Source: Vitrella brassicaformis CCMP3155 (taxonomy: Eukaryota; Protista; Chromerida). From it: a DNA stretch of 63,969 nucleotides. The position numbers and the translations under genes were made by a program. Below are positions 34,631 through 46,998 of this stretch, one piece after another. The notes under the pieces were generated by a model, which worked only from the letters and a program-made list of their open reading frames with translations, did not search any database and was not told the origin of the DNA. Numbering within the stretch: the first letter of the stretch is position 1; each line of letters starts with the position of its first letter. The DNA lies in assembly GCA_001179505.1 (NCBI GenBank), contig CDMY01000646.1:1-63969 (forward strand), written 5' to 3'.

Positions 34631-36076
34631 TCAAAAGACGACCACCACCGCAATGATGTTGTCCCGGCTGCCCTTCGACAACGCCGCGTACACTAAGTTC
34701 TTGGCCGCCATCTCCGGCCCACTCGCCCCCTCTCCGTCCATCATGCTCCCCAAAGCCGCCCCCGCGATCTCCGCCGCCTCACTGTCGTCCAACACGTCCC
34801 ACAACCCGTCACTCGCCGCGATGAGGAACCGATCCCGATTCGCCGTGACGTCTCTCTTCACCACGTGGGGGAACGCCGTCAGGCCTTCCGACTTGAGGGA
34901 GTGGTCGCCGAGTGCGCGAGACACGGCCAGCTGCCCGCCCACACGATTCCGGAGGATGATGCCGCCGGCGCGTGTGACCCTCTCGGCCTCGTGTGCGTCC
35001 GTGGCTTTGTGCTCTTGGGTGAGACGGAGGGTGGAGTTGTCCGCACGGACCAGGACACCCCGCGAATCCCCCACATTGGCGCAGTAGAGCATCTGCTTGT
35101 TGCTGTGGCCCTCCCTCCGCACCACAAACACGGTCGCTGTCGTGCCGGCGTTCCAGCTGCCGTTCAGCCGCAGCTGGTCGTCGATCTTGAGGAATGTCTT
35201 CTCCAGCGAAGTCTTGACGTCGAAATCCGACCGAACCAGCTCGTGGACCAGCACATCATGCAGCTTCCGGATCACGTAATCCAGCGCCTGTCTCCCGCCA
35301 TGCCCGTCGTACACCGCGAAAAACGCTGTTGTCCGCTCGTTCGCGAAGTTGTCGACGCACACACACGCGTCCTCCATCTGGTTGCGGAATCTCGGGTTCG
35401 TCTCCTCGCAGTGCAAAAACCACCGAACCGCCGACATGGCTCGTGCCGCGCCGCTGAGTGCGTTGGCCGAGGGGATGCCGGGTGGAGGCATCCCCAGTGC
35501 GCGTGTCAACGTGCCGGCCAGGCCTCTGCTCGCAGCTGCGGTGGGTGTGGACCTCACCGAGCCGGGCGAGGGGCTCTCTCTCCCCAGGCCGAAATCCATC
35601 TGCCGACCGACAGGCGAATATGACGGCGGGGGTGTGTGGGCGGCGTCGTGCATGCGGCCGCCTTTCAGTCCCTCGATCGTCGCAGGAAAGGAGCTGCGCT
35701 CGACGGAAGGCGGGCTGGGCGATTGTCCTGCTCGCTGATACCCTCGTAGAGTGGGAGAGTCGCCACCGAAACGCTGCGGCGGTGGCTGCTGGCCGTAGGC
35801 GGCAAATGGCGACCTCCCAGTGGCATTTGAGTGGCCACTGGATGAGGGAGGAGCCTTGTGTCCGGGCGGAGAGCTGCCTCCCGACCTGACGGGCCGTCTC
35901 GCGCCGTGTTGGTCGTGGAGGGCGTGAGACGGCGATGATCTGTGGTGGGGGAGGGCGGAGATGGGCGGGGGTGTGCGTGACGATGGAGTGCTGGACGATG
36001 GAGCGGCGAGGGATGGGCTGATGGGGCTGGCGAGCGACTCGCGCGCCGCGGCCGAGAATGGAGAAGGGCGATGCAT
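34631..36076 (-). CDS. PP2C (PPM) protein phosphatase with a Ser/Pro-rich N-terminus, single exon
   Basis: RNQMED, FFAVYDGHGG, AGTTA, LYCANVGDSR, LAVSRALGD, ASDGLWDV, GSRDNI. Confidence 0.95.
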   Translation of the reverse strand: MHRPSPFSAAARESLASPISPSLAAPSSSTPSSRTPPPISALPHHRSSPSHALHDQHGARRPVRSGGSSPPGHKAPPSSSGHSNATGRSPFAAYGQQPPPQRFGGDSPTLRGYQRAGQSPSPPSVERSSFPATIEGLKGGRMHDAAHTPPPSYSPVGRQMDFGLGRESPSPGSVRSTPTAAASRGLAGTLTRALGMPPPGIPSANALSGAARAMSAVRWFLHCEETNPRFRNQMEDACVCVDNFANERTTAFFAVYDGHGGRQALDYVIRKLHDVLVHELVRSDFDVKTSLEKTFLKIDDQLRLNGSWNAGTTATVFVVRREGHSNKQMLYCANVGDSRGVLVRADNSTLRLTQEHKATDAHEAERVTRAGGIILRNRVGGQLAVSRALGDHSLKSEGLTAFPHVVKRDVTANRDRFLIAASDGLWDVLDDSEAAEIAGAALGSMMDGEGASGPEMAAKNLVYAALSKGSRDNIIAVVVVF

Positions 36077-36734
36077 ATCAGCGGAATGAATGAAGAGAGA
36101 CCGGAAGCGAGAGCGATGTCAGTCAGAGAGCCCCAATCAATCGATGAGAGAGCCTCAATTCAGCCTAGCGCCTGCAAGCAAGACAAAGCATTCATGGAGA
36201 AGCAAACAAAACCCATAGTGATTGTGCTTCAGCCCTCTTTCCTTCATTGCCTCACCTGCCGATGGCCATTTCAACGCACTCGCCGTGGAACAATCGTGCA
36301 CAGCTCCAATCGCTTTTGTTGGAGTCATCGTTCATCGTACAACTGTCCCTCCGTTCGTTTCTTTCTGGCACTTCTTCTCGACCCAGCTCGCAAATACTTG
36401 CGAGCTGAAGGGAGGAAAAGGCTCGGCTTCACAGTGATGAATGCGCCCGTCGGAGCACTCTTCATCACGTCTGATTGCGACTGACTTCGTTTCGCATCTC
36501 GTCGTGACTGCGTGAGGCCTTCCTGACTCGTGAACTGGCTCGTGACTCTCGCGGCTCCTCTATCGGTCCCTGTATCGCTGTCCGCGGCGCACAGCCTCTT
36601 ATTGTGACGAAGAACGAGGCGTCATCAGTTGAATCAGCTCTCTCATCGCAGCAAGGCGGCCTGGCAGCCAACACCAGACACCGAATGCCACGACAAATGC
36701 CGGCGCTCATCCCTTGTTCCATTCCTAGCAGTCG

Positions 36735-37741
36735 GTGATGATGCAGACCAGCAGCAGTGAACCGTCTGCAGCAGCAGCGACCCGGTGCGTCCATCGCCTT
36801 CACAGTGTGCAGCACATGGACTGGCATGGCGAGATGATGGTGAGACGACCGCAGGGAGGGGGTGGAGGGGGGAACAGCGTCATAGCTATCGTACCACTGG
36901 CTAATCCCATCGTCGAATTGTACCAGGTCTGTCTGCATTTGACGCACCCATCATCCACCATCGTGTGTCTGTGTCTGTCTGTCATTCATGTGCTTATGGG
37001 TGTGCTGACTGCAGCCATCGAGCAGTGACGGTGGTGGTGGGTGGGCTCGTGTGGACTCTCCGCAGGCGGACCGACCGGCCGGCGCGTGGCTACGGTTCTC
37101 CGCGAATATCAACTACGCTCCCCTCCACTGCACGCAATTCACTCTCAAGGTACATACACCACACCACCGCAATGCTCGCCCAGCATATCACATAACAATG
37201 CCTCCATTGTGCATTGCAGGCCCGTCACCGCGACAGCCGGTCGCCCACGACCGACATTGAGAAGGTCCGATGGTCCGTGGTGTTTCAGTCGCGCGAGTCG
37301 CACAGCTTCATCCCGTCCAACGACACACCCGCAAAGAAGTGGCAGGCCTTCGGACCGGGCGGTGACCATGTGATGGTCGGGCTGGCGGACGGGAGCGTGT
37401 ATGCGCTGGCGATGGTGGTGGTCGATAATGGCAGAACTGACGGTAAGTGGGGAACAAAGAAAACAAACAAACGAGGAAGAAAGGGAGAGTGTGTCTGTTC
37501 CTTCCTGTGTGTCTGTGTGCGGTCCAGGGTTGTTTTGCGCGGCCGGCATGTTTTCCCGTTCGTGTGTGTCCCTCACCCCTCCACCCCGGCTGCCCGCGCC
37601 TCTCTGTACCTCACACTCACACCCTCAGCACAGCGAGCGGCGGTTGACCAACGAGACGGCAGCGCGCCACCGGCCATCGACGCCATGCAGTGGGGGCGGG
37701 GCGACGTGGCGACCACTCGAGGCCAAATCGGCGTCGTATGA
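36735..37741 (+). CDS. Hypothetical four-exon protein
   Basis: Exons about 36735-36926, 37016-37149, 37220-37442 and 37629-37741 splice in frame; no domain recognised. Confidence 0.45.
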
Positions 37742-37748
37742 CCTCGGC

Positions 37749-40700
37749 ATGAAGGAGAAGGGCAGCGGCGCCCCGCAGGCGTCCATGCCGCCGTCTCTGC
37801 CCATCACGCCTGCTCGTGAGCGTGCCGTGGCGCCCTCACAGGGCTCCACGGATTCCACCCCGGCGAGATCGATGTGTTGGCGGACTGACCGAGAGAGGGA
37901 CCCACACGCCGCACACACAGCCCCCCACCCCCACCCCTGTCAAGGCAAGAGAGTGCAGCGGGGCGCTCATAACGACCCCAAGCACCACCGGCACAGCCTC
38001 TCGGCCACCACGACGTCGACCAGCGCTTCCACGCCCACCAGTGGGGAGATGTCGCCTGACGCGCAGATGTCTACGAAGGAGGCCGGGGGACGCAATGGCA
38101 AGACCAGCACGAACACGACGGTGGTGCCACCGACCGCATCTGAGGGCAGGGGTGGTGGTGGTGGTGACACGGGCACCAGTGAACAGCAGCAGCAGCCGGC
38201 ACACGGCCAGGCGCAAGACGACTGCTCCCCTGCATCAGCAGCATCGCCGGCGTCGGCTCCCGCGATGCAACACGGCAATGGCGACGGCAGCCCTTGCCCG
38301 TCCCCCTTTCCCTCAGCCAGACATCCTCATGACTACTATGCCTATGGCCATGGAGACTATCCCAATCGCAATGGGCCACGCCGCCCGCACACCCACCAAC
38401 GCGTCCAGTATCCGTCGAGGGGCGGCAGACGGGGGAGTGGGCGGGGTGGGCGCGGCTACTATGAGAGTCGGGGCTTCGATCGCGAGCATCATCACCGCGA
38501 CCATCAGCATCAGCACCATCACCATCACACCATGAGCGAGCACCGCCATCGACAGCAGCAGGAGAGGGGCCCGCAGGTGGCTCTCGAAACGCTTGATACG
38601 GCAGTTGTGATGGATCCGCACACAGCCCACCCCCGCCCCTTCTTCCCCTCCCTCAATCACATTGACGAGACCGCCCAGCGGCAGCAGAGAGAGATGGAGG
38701 CGCTGGGGCTGCTTGCCCACGCCAATGGCGCTCACGAGCTGTCTCTGGGCCTCATCGGCCGGGGAGGCATCCTGCCGCTTCCACACGGCGGCGTTGGTGA
38801 GATGCCGGCTGCTGCGGCGGCGGCGTCGGCTGCTGCTGGACGAGGCGCGACCCTGTTGCCGATGTCTCCTTCCCCCTCTCCCTCCCCCCCTCTCGGAGCA
38901 CATCATGACAACGGAGGACTGAGTTTCTTCGGCACTGCGGCCTACGGACAGCACATGCTGGGGTACCAGCAACTGGTCGCCAGCCTCTCACAGGCGGCGC
39001 ACCCACAGCGGCAGCACGCACAGCCCCCGCCCCCCGGACCCACTCTGGCATCTCCCCAGCAGCAGCAGTCGGCGCAGGCCCTCACTGTGTACCCCAAGAC
39101 ACAAGGGCAGACACACGAGCCGCTTTCCCATGGCTATCCGAGCCTATTGGGCAGCCCTGCCACCGACTCGCCCAGCAGCCAGTCACCGTCGCCCTCTCTG
39201 TCATCGTCTCGCCCCCATGTGCCATTCGGCCAGCCGCCCCCGCCCCCCGAGCCAGCCACCACCACCACCACCAGCCCCTCTCAGCACCACCATCAACAGC
39301 AGCAGGGCAACATCGTGATTATGCGGTGCCCTGAGCAGGCTTCGCCACGGGCATGGAAGACCCACCAGGGCGGGGGCGTCCAGCCACACGCGGCTGCTGT
39401 CAGTGGGCGTCGCGCAGTGCCTCGCATCGCTCTGTCTGCAGCAACTGGTGCTGATGCCATTGACGCGTGCTTCACGTCTCGCAGCCAGCAGCTGCCGCCC
39501 TCGTCGCTCTCGCCGTCTTTCTCTCAGCACCATCTGCTGGTGACCACTCCCCGACACGGCCACAGCCCTGACAACGACTCAATCCGCTCAATGCCACCCC
39601 GGGCCAACAACGGCAGACGCCCACACCACCACCAGCACCACCACCACCACTCGCACCACCACAGTCACCACAGGCGGCCCTGCGTGGTGCCCAAGTACAC
39701 GCAGACGCCTTGGGACGACAGTGGGTGCGAGAGGGAGAGGGAGGGATGCGAGGAGCGGACGCCGACCTTCAACATGATGGCCTTCTTCGTCCGCACCACC
39801 CCCCACGCAATGGTGCAGCCAGAGGCCAGAGACAACGTCGTCAATGCGCGTGACGTGCGCTTCACCTACTCGATGCGCGACCTCTGGAAGAGCTATGAAG
39901 AGGCCAGCACATACGGCGTGTCGGTGCCCTTCTGCGACTACGACGGGCGGCTGTGCGAGGCGGCGTACGTGCCGTACCTGAGCGCCATTCAGCTGTTCCC
40001 CCGCTCATCGGATGTGTCCTCCCCTGCCTCTGTTTTCACCTTTGTCGAGACGGCCCCGCCGCACAACCGACGGCCTCTGTGGGCGCAGATACGGCACCTG
40101 ACGGAGGCACCTGCTGAGGGTGGGCAACAGGGGGGAGGGGGCGATGGTGGCAGTGGGGCTCGGCTGGAGGCCACACCACTGGGCCGCTCGCTGCTCATTG
40201 GAGACTCCGGCCAAGTCCACGAGCGATCATGGTGCGCACAGACAGCCACACACACACACGAGCGAGAAGAGGCGACTGCCCGTGTCCATGCGTCCGTCAG
40301 GTTCTCTGTCCTGTGGCACCCCATTGAGCGTCTGTTCCCGTCGACGGCCGCCGCCTCGTTCCTTCTCTACTACACGTTCGTGCCGGAGGTGCCGTCGGCC
40401 GATCAGACGACCACCGGCCTCCCGCAGCTGCAGCGATTTGGCGTGATCCCCTTCAAGGCCGACTTCAGGCTGTGGGGACTCGGTGAGCCATCGATGGTGT
40501 GATGGCTAGGTGCTAGGTGGGCGAGAGATGGCCGTGTGTGCTGTGTGTGGTGTGATCAGATGCGGACGGCAACACGAGCGGCACCGTCGAGCACTACCGA
40601 AAGATGAAGGTACACCAGGACCTGCCTGTGTGTCTCATCGACAATGGCCGTCTGTCTGTCTGGCAGGAGAAGCTGGGTCAGTTTCTGAGTGACTTCAAGT

Positions 40701-40750
40701 GTTGCCATCATGACTTCGAGTTCGTCGCCAAGCGGCTCAATGTGACCTAA
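37749..40750 (+). CDS. DUF789-family protein with a long disordered His/Gln/Pro-rich N-terminus
   Basis: MRDLWKSYEEASTYGVSVP, YVPYLSAIQLF, FVETAPPHNRRPL, FSVLWHPI, FLLYY, FGVIPFK, terminal CHHDFEFV. Confidence 0.8.
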
Positions 40751-41370
40751 GCTCATCGGCCGATCGGTGGATGGATGGATGGAGGGCACACACAAAGAGG
40801 AGAGGGATGGGCACACAGACAGCGGATGTGCGGATGGGCAAGTCGATCGCTCAGAAAGACAGACATCATTCGTACAGCTGACGGACAGATCGATGAGTGA
40901 ATGGCTGGATCGCTCTCTTTCTTTCCCTTTCTGTATTTGTGTGGGGTGGCGGTGGTGGATTTGTTCAGCCATCCACACCTCTCTGTATGTGTGTATATAT
41001 GTGGGTGGGTGGGTGTGGGTGTGTCGGCTACATTGCATGATTGGCATCCGTGTGCAGTGGTCGACCAATCAGTGATGAGACTGATTCATTCACGTGAATG
41101 GCCATCCATGTCTGTGAATGTATCAGACCTCCACACACACACCAGATCAGCAGAAACACGAGTGCAGCCAGGCGCCACGCATCGATCAGTCTGACAATCA
41201 CTCCATACACAATTCACCTCACTCCCATGTTACGCACATACGTGGAGAGGGCGATACTGTCTCACGTTTCGTCTCATACGTTTCTGAATCGCACACGCCA
41301 CGCTTCAGTCGTTTCCCTGTCTGTGTCTGACAGTGGCCAGCTGATGAGTTAATTAATGCCCCCCCCCCCC

Positions 41371-41670
41371 NNNNNNNNNNNNNNNNNNNNNNNNNNNNNN
41401 NNNNNNNNNNNNNNNNNNNNNNNNNNNNNNNNNNNNNNNNNNNNNNNNNNNNNNNNNNNNNNNNNNNNNNNNNNNNNNNNNNNNNNNNNNNNNNNNNNNN
41501 NNNNNNNNNNNNNNNNNNNNNNNNNNNNNNNNNNNNNNNNNNNNNNNNNNNNNNNNNNNNNNNNNNNNNNNNNNNNNNNNNNNNNNNNNNNNNNNNNNNN
41601 NNNNNNNNNNNNNNNNNNNNNNNNNNNNNNNNNNNNNNNNNNNNNNNNNNNNNNNNNNNNNNNNNNNNNN
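41371..41670. other. Assembly gap (300 N) within a C homopolymer
   Basis: C runs on both sides. Confidence 0.99.
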
Positions 41671-42596
41671 CCCCCCCCCCCCCCCGTGTGCTGTGTGCAT
41701 TTGGCGGCTCTCACACTCGTCAATCGGTCAGACGACAGCAAAGAGAGAGAGAGACACAGAACACGCACGCAGCGATCAGTCAGAGAGCTGAACACCCAGT
41801 CACATACGAGTCAGTTCGCCCCTCCCCCTGTCTGTCAGGCAGCGCAAACACGTCCATGGATGAATGCAGCGAGAGAAACGATTTCTGTCTCCCCGCGTGA
41901 AAAATCCCCAGCGCATCTCAGCGGCATATTCGGATGACACAATTCTGCCGCCCACCTGTCTGTCTGTTCGCGATCACTTGTCAATTGCCCCCCCCCCCTC
42001 TGTATACGTATGCAGAGAGGTATGCAGCGGCCAACCTGAAAAAGACACAACGGATCAGATCACCTGCCGGCGTCCATTGAGTCAGACGGATTGTACCAAG
42101 TGGACGACTGAAGCCTTGTGTGTATGCACCACTCATCGATGCACGTATGCAGCAAAGAAAGAGAGACACAAATAGCGGACAAAGAAAGCCAACCAGCCAT
42201 ATATCAATCGCCAAGCTGAAGAATACTCAACGGATCAGATCACCTGCCGGCGCACATAAGTGAACGGACCAAAGCCCCCCACATACTCACCACAGATGAA
42301 TGCAGGTATGCAGGAAAGAGAGAGAAACACACAAACGGCCAGACTCGCACACACCACCTTGCTGCATGCACACCTACGAGAAGGAGTAAGCCAGCCAGTC
42401 AGACGTACATCAATCAACATACCCCATCCCCTCTGTCAGACAGTTCCCCACACACACCTGTGAGCCCACTCCCCCGTCGGGCACATCTGTTGTGTGCCTG
42501 TGTGGTCTACACATAAGAAAAACACCAGCATGCAGCCGTCACTTGATGGCCTCTCTGAACCGCCCTCACGCCACGCCGATGTCGCCCCCCCCCCCC
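41671..42596 (+). repeat. Non-coding segment duplicated, diverged, at about 46999-47800
   Basis: Shared GGCTCTCACAC...ATCGGTCAGA, TATGCAGAGAGGT.TGCAGCGGCCAA and CTACACATAAGAAAA motifs. Confidence 0.75.
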
Positions 42597-42896
42597 NNNN
42601 NNNNNNNNNNNNNNNNNNNNNNNNNNNNNNNNNNNNNNNNNNNNNNNNNNNNNNNNNNNNNNNNNNNNNNNNNNNNNNNNNNNNNNNNNNNNNNNNNNNN
42701 NNNNNNNNNNNNNNNNNNNNNNNNNNNNNNNNNNNNNNNNNNNNNNNNNNNNNNNNNNNNNNNNNNNNNNNNNNNNNNNNNNNNNNNNNNNNNNNNNNNN
42801 NNNNNNNNNNNNNNNNNNNNNNNNNNNNNNNNNNNNNNNNNNNNNNNNNNNNNNNNNNNNNNNNNNNNNNNNNNNNNNNNNNNNNNNNNNNNNNNN
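42597..42896. other. Assembly gap (300 N); flanks overlap (GTCGCCCC...)
   Basis: The same sequence lies on both sides of the N run. Confidence 0.99.
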
Positions 42897-43806
42897 GTCG
42901 CCCCCCCCCCCCCCCCTCCTCCCTCTCATGTGTGGGGTATACACAGAGAAGAACAATTGACCCACAGTTTCTCATTGCACGCAATGCTCTCATGGCACAG
43001 CACACAATATATAGAAAACGGCCACATGGACCCCTTGCACCCTCTCTCTCTCCCTGTGTGGCTGCTGGCTGCTGGCGATGATTAAAGTGTAATAATGCAC
43101 CGCTCCCGCTCTCACCCACACCCAGACAGACAGAGAGACAAACACAGACACGCCAACGTGCAGCCAAGACAATAGGTGGGTGGGTGAGTGGCTAAGTGGA
43201 CGTCATGCCAGAGATCAATCGCCACACCCCCCCCCTCAGCCAGACCTCCGTCTCGCTGACACGTTCACTCCTGTCCCACGGGAGACAACACGAGACATAT
43301 CGCTCTCTCTTCTCGCTCTCTCTTCTGGCACTGTGTGTGTGTGTGTGTGTATGCGGTGTGTATGCGGTGTGTATGTATTCGCCAGACGACAGACACATCT
43401 CCCTCTCTCTCCCTCCCGGCATTTCTTTGACCCTCACTCAGGCACATGTGCTGCCGACGCAATTCAGGCTGCAGCGTTCCTTGGCGGCCGTGCAGGACTG
43501 TGACGGTCCACTTGGTTTACAGCCTGCATGCAGCACGGGACACAATTAGTGTGTGCACATGAAAACAGCGTTCGTGCGGGCGTTCGTGCGAGCTGCTTCT
43601 CTTCGCTTTATTTGGCTCACTTACATCTTCCTTCGAAGCAGTCGTCGCCACCATCAAAATCGCAGTCAACGGTCACAGCCTCGCATGCACGGCACGTGCC
43701 GTCAGAGTCATTGCAGAAACGGCTGCAGCATTCGTCGTCATTACTGCAGGAGGAGCCATTCTCAATACAGCCTGCATGAATGAGAATGAAAACAATGAGA
43801 CGGCTG

Positions 43807-45062
43807 TCAACAGGTATGCAGATGGCCTTTTGTTCGCTTACATTCTCCAGAGCCGTCGGGAAACTCTATCTCGCCCGTCGGGCATTGGCCCGCACTCGGT
43901 CCGCACGAGCCGGCCCTACACACTGGAGTGGCGGGGCGGTCGGTGCAGTCGGTGTCGAACAAGCATGGCCCGCACGTGCCGGCTTCGGTGTTACACACTG
44001 GAGAGCTCGGTGGGCAGTTGGTGTTGGACGTGCATTGGGCCTCAGCCGACCCGCATACGAAAGTGAGTCTGTTACACACTGAGCTGCCGGGGCAGTCGCC
44101 CTCGTTGAAGCAATAGCCGCATTGGCGCCTGCCGTCGATTTCGGCGAGACAGGTTTGTCCTTCGACGAGGCAGTCGGCATCTGCTTCACACGTCTCGTCG
44201 CAGGGGGCGCACAAGCCGCCTTTGCAAGTCCTGGAGCAGCAGTTCTCCCCTCCGTCGGTGCAGACGTCGCCCGTCTGCGCACAGGGGACACCTGAGAGCA
44301 CACACAAACACAGACACCCAGACACACGATGGAGGGAGAGCTGTGTGTGCCCACGGAGGGTGGTGTGTGAGTGGACTGTGTGGGGCGTACACAGGCCGTT
44401 GCCTCCGCCGCTGCATCTGTGTGTGGCCGGTGGGCAGGGGTCTTTGTCGTCTTCTGCCTCGCTGCAGCTGCGCACACACTCGCCCGACACTCCGTCCGAA
44501 TTCGGCTTGCAGTGAAAGCCGAAGAGACCTTCCGTAGAGCAGTCGGTATCAAACATGCAGGGGAGGTTCACCGCTGACACACACAGCGATCAGGACACAC
44601 ACACAGGTCAAAGAGGCCACCGACAGACAGAGTGCCTTAGTAGCGGTGTGCGCACTTACGCTGCTCATCTTGAAGCGGTCCGTTGACTTGGTTGGTGGCA
44701 TTGAGTCCGGCCTCTTTGGGCGACGGCTCTAGGGGCATAATGAGGACCTCAGTGTGGTTGGCTGTGTCGCCAGTGGTATTCTGTGGAAGCTGCCCGGCCG
44801 TCTGCTGCTCAGCTGGCCCGTTGGTCACCTCATTGGCGTCGTCGTGCAGCGAGCGGGTGAGAGGCGCGGCCGGCGGCTGCGGTGCGCCCACACACACCAA
44901 CGCTGCTGAGGGAGGAGGGACACACAGACAGACAGACAGATGTGTGAGAGGCCTTTCCTTTCTCTCCCTTCAGGTCGTGTGGTGTGGTGTGTGGGGGCGG
45001 TGCTCACCGGCCAGTGAGATGGCGAGTCACAGGAGGGCGGGGCACAGCACAGGCGAAAGCAT
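43807..45062 (-). pseudogene. Cys-rich secreted protein gene with TGA in the signal-peptide exon
   Basis: ATG CTT TCG...CTC CTG TGA (45027-45029), where the paralog at 48535 has TGG. Downstream exons encode repeated C-x-x-D-x-D-C modules (PCMFDTDC, CEADADC, CTSNTNC, PCLFDTDC). Confidence 0.65.
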
Positions 45063-45418
45063 CGAGGCCTCCTTGGTCAGCTCAGGGGAGGGAGGGAGGG
45101 AGGGAGGGAGGGAGGGAAGGGCGACTGAACCGAAGAGAACAAAAACTGCTTCGCTGAGGTACACACAGAGGCGGGAAGGAACGAAAACCCAAAAGAGCTT
45201 TGGCTCACGTGGACCGTTGAATGGTGTTATGCTATTATTTCAAGGCCTTTCCTTCGACCAGCCGCCTGGCGTTGACTTCGTCTCTGCAATTTGTTTGGGT
45301 TTCTTTCCTTTCGTCTGTCGACGCGCCTGCTTTGTTCCTTTGGGTTTTTCTGCCTGTCCGTTCCTCCCTCCTCCCCGTTCTGTCCCCCGGGAAGCCAATT
45401 GCAGGAAGCCAGCAGCAG

Positions 45419-46690
45419 ATGCACTCGCCTGTTGGCTCCCGTTGTTCATGGCCCTGCTGCTCGTCATCAGACCAGCCGGTGAGCTCTCACGTCGTCACGA
45501 CGCGCCACCCCGAAAAGGGCAGCACATCGATGACACACCTGTGTGTGTCCCTTGGCAGCGGTGCTCCCTCACGCGGCCATCGATGTCCCTTTCCCCTTCG
45601 CCGAGAGACAGAAAGGGCAGAGAACGCATTAAGGCGAGGGCAACAAGCAGCTGCCACCAAGCAGAGTGACCGCAACGCCACTCGCCCAGCTGACGATGCC
45701 GACTCTCCGCCACCAGCCACAGCCAGTCACCATCGCCCTCTCTGTCATCGTCTCGCCCCCATGTGCCGTTCGGCCAGCCGCCCCCTCCCCCCGACCCAAC
45801 CACCACCACCAGCCCCACTCAGCAGCACCATCAACAGCAGCAGCAGGACAGCATTGTCATCATGCGGTGCCCTGAGCAGCCTTCGCCACGGGCATGGAAG
45901 ACCACACCAGGGCGGGGGCGTCCAGCCACACGCGGCTGCTGCCAGTGGGCGTCGCCTCATAGCTGTCGGCCTCTGTGGGCGCAGATACGGATCCTGACGG
46001 AGGCAACTGCTGAGGGAGGGCAACAAGAGAGTGACTTCAAGTGTTGCCATCATGACTTCGAGTGCATCGCCAAGCGGCTCAATGTGACCTAAGCCCATCG
46101 ACCCATCGATGGATCGATGGAGGGCAGCGCAGCGCACACACAAGGGGCAGACACAGACAGACTGACAGACATCATTTGTACAGCTGACGGACTGATGAGT
46201 GAGTGACTGGATGGCTGTCTCTTTTTTGCCCCTCTTTCTCCCTCATTCTCTGTGTGTGTGGGTGTGGAGGGGGGGATTGTGCATTTGTCCAGCCATCTAC
46301 GCCTCTCTGTGTGTGTGGTGTACACTATGCGTGTTAGCATCCGACCAGTGATGAGACCAATTCATTCACGTGAATGGCCGTTCGTCTGTGTCTCAGTGTG
46401 TGAGACCCCCCACCACAGTAGATCAGAGCAACATCAGTGCAGCCAGGTGCCAAACATCGATCAGTGTGACAACCACTCCACTGAATGAGTCCGTCACACA
46501 GCACACAGAAGAGATGTCACCCATCCACCGTCCACCGAACCTGAGCCCACTCGCATCTCAGTCATATTATCTGGTTTATGGGAGTGGGCCTCACCTGCCT
46601 CTCTGAACCGCGCACACGCCACGCTCATATCGTCCCCCTCACTCTGTGTTTATCTGTGGCTGCCTGATGAGTTAATCAATGCCCCCCCCC
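45419..46690 (+). repeat. Mosaic at a duplication junction: fragments of the plus-strand Cys-rich gene joined to three DUF789 fragments and its 3' UTR
   Basis: 45419-45500 matches 48913-49000; 45640-45705 matches 49270-49340; 45710-45955 matches 39170-39410; 45968-46027 matches 40072-40128; 46030-46690 matches 40688-41370. Confidence 0.85.
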
Positions 46691-46698
46691 CCCCTCTG

Positions 46699-46998
46699 NN
46701 NNNNNNNNNNNNNNNNNNNNNNNNNNNNNNNNNNNNNNNNNNNNNNNNNNNNNNNNNNNNNNNNNNNNNNNNNNNNNNNNNNNNNNNNNNNNNNNNNNNN
46801 NNNNNNNNNNNNNNNNNNNNNNNNNNNNNNNNNNNNNNNNNNNNNNNNNNNNNNNNNNNNNNNNNNNNNNNNNNNNNNNNNNNNNNNNNNNNNNNNNNNN
46901 NNNNNNNNNNNNNNNNNNNNNNNNNNNNNNNNNNNNNNNNNNNNNNNNNNNNNNNNNNNNNNNNNNNNNNNNNNNNNNNNNNNNNNNNNNNNNNNNNN
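46699..46998. other. Assembly gap (300 N); flanks overlap (ATCAATGCCCC...CTCTG)
   Basis: The same sequence lies on both sides of the N run. Confidence 0.99.

Noticed and set aside
42048-42252. CRISPR-like repeat-spacer unit
   Set aside because: Only two adjacent copies with a 155-nt interval, related flanks, eukaryotic context and no cas genes.
45763-46092. Processed retrocopy of DUF789
   Set aside because: Deleted parts are exon sequence and the junctions do not match splice sites; no poly(A) tail.
41371-46998. 300-N gaps as possible hidden elements
   Set aside because: Flanks are C runs, and at two gaps the same sequence lies on both sides, so these are probably near-zero-length joins at homopolymers. 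The 18287 gap may still hide real exons.
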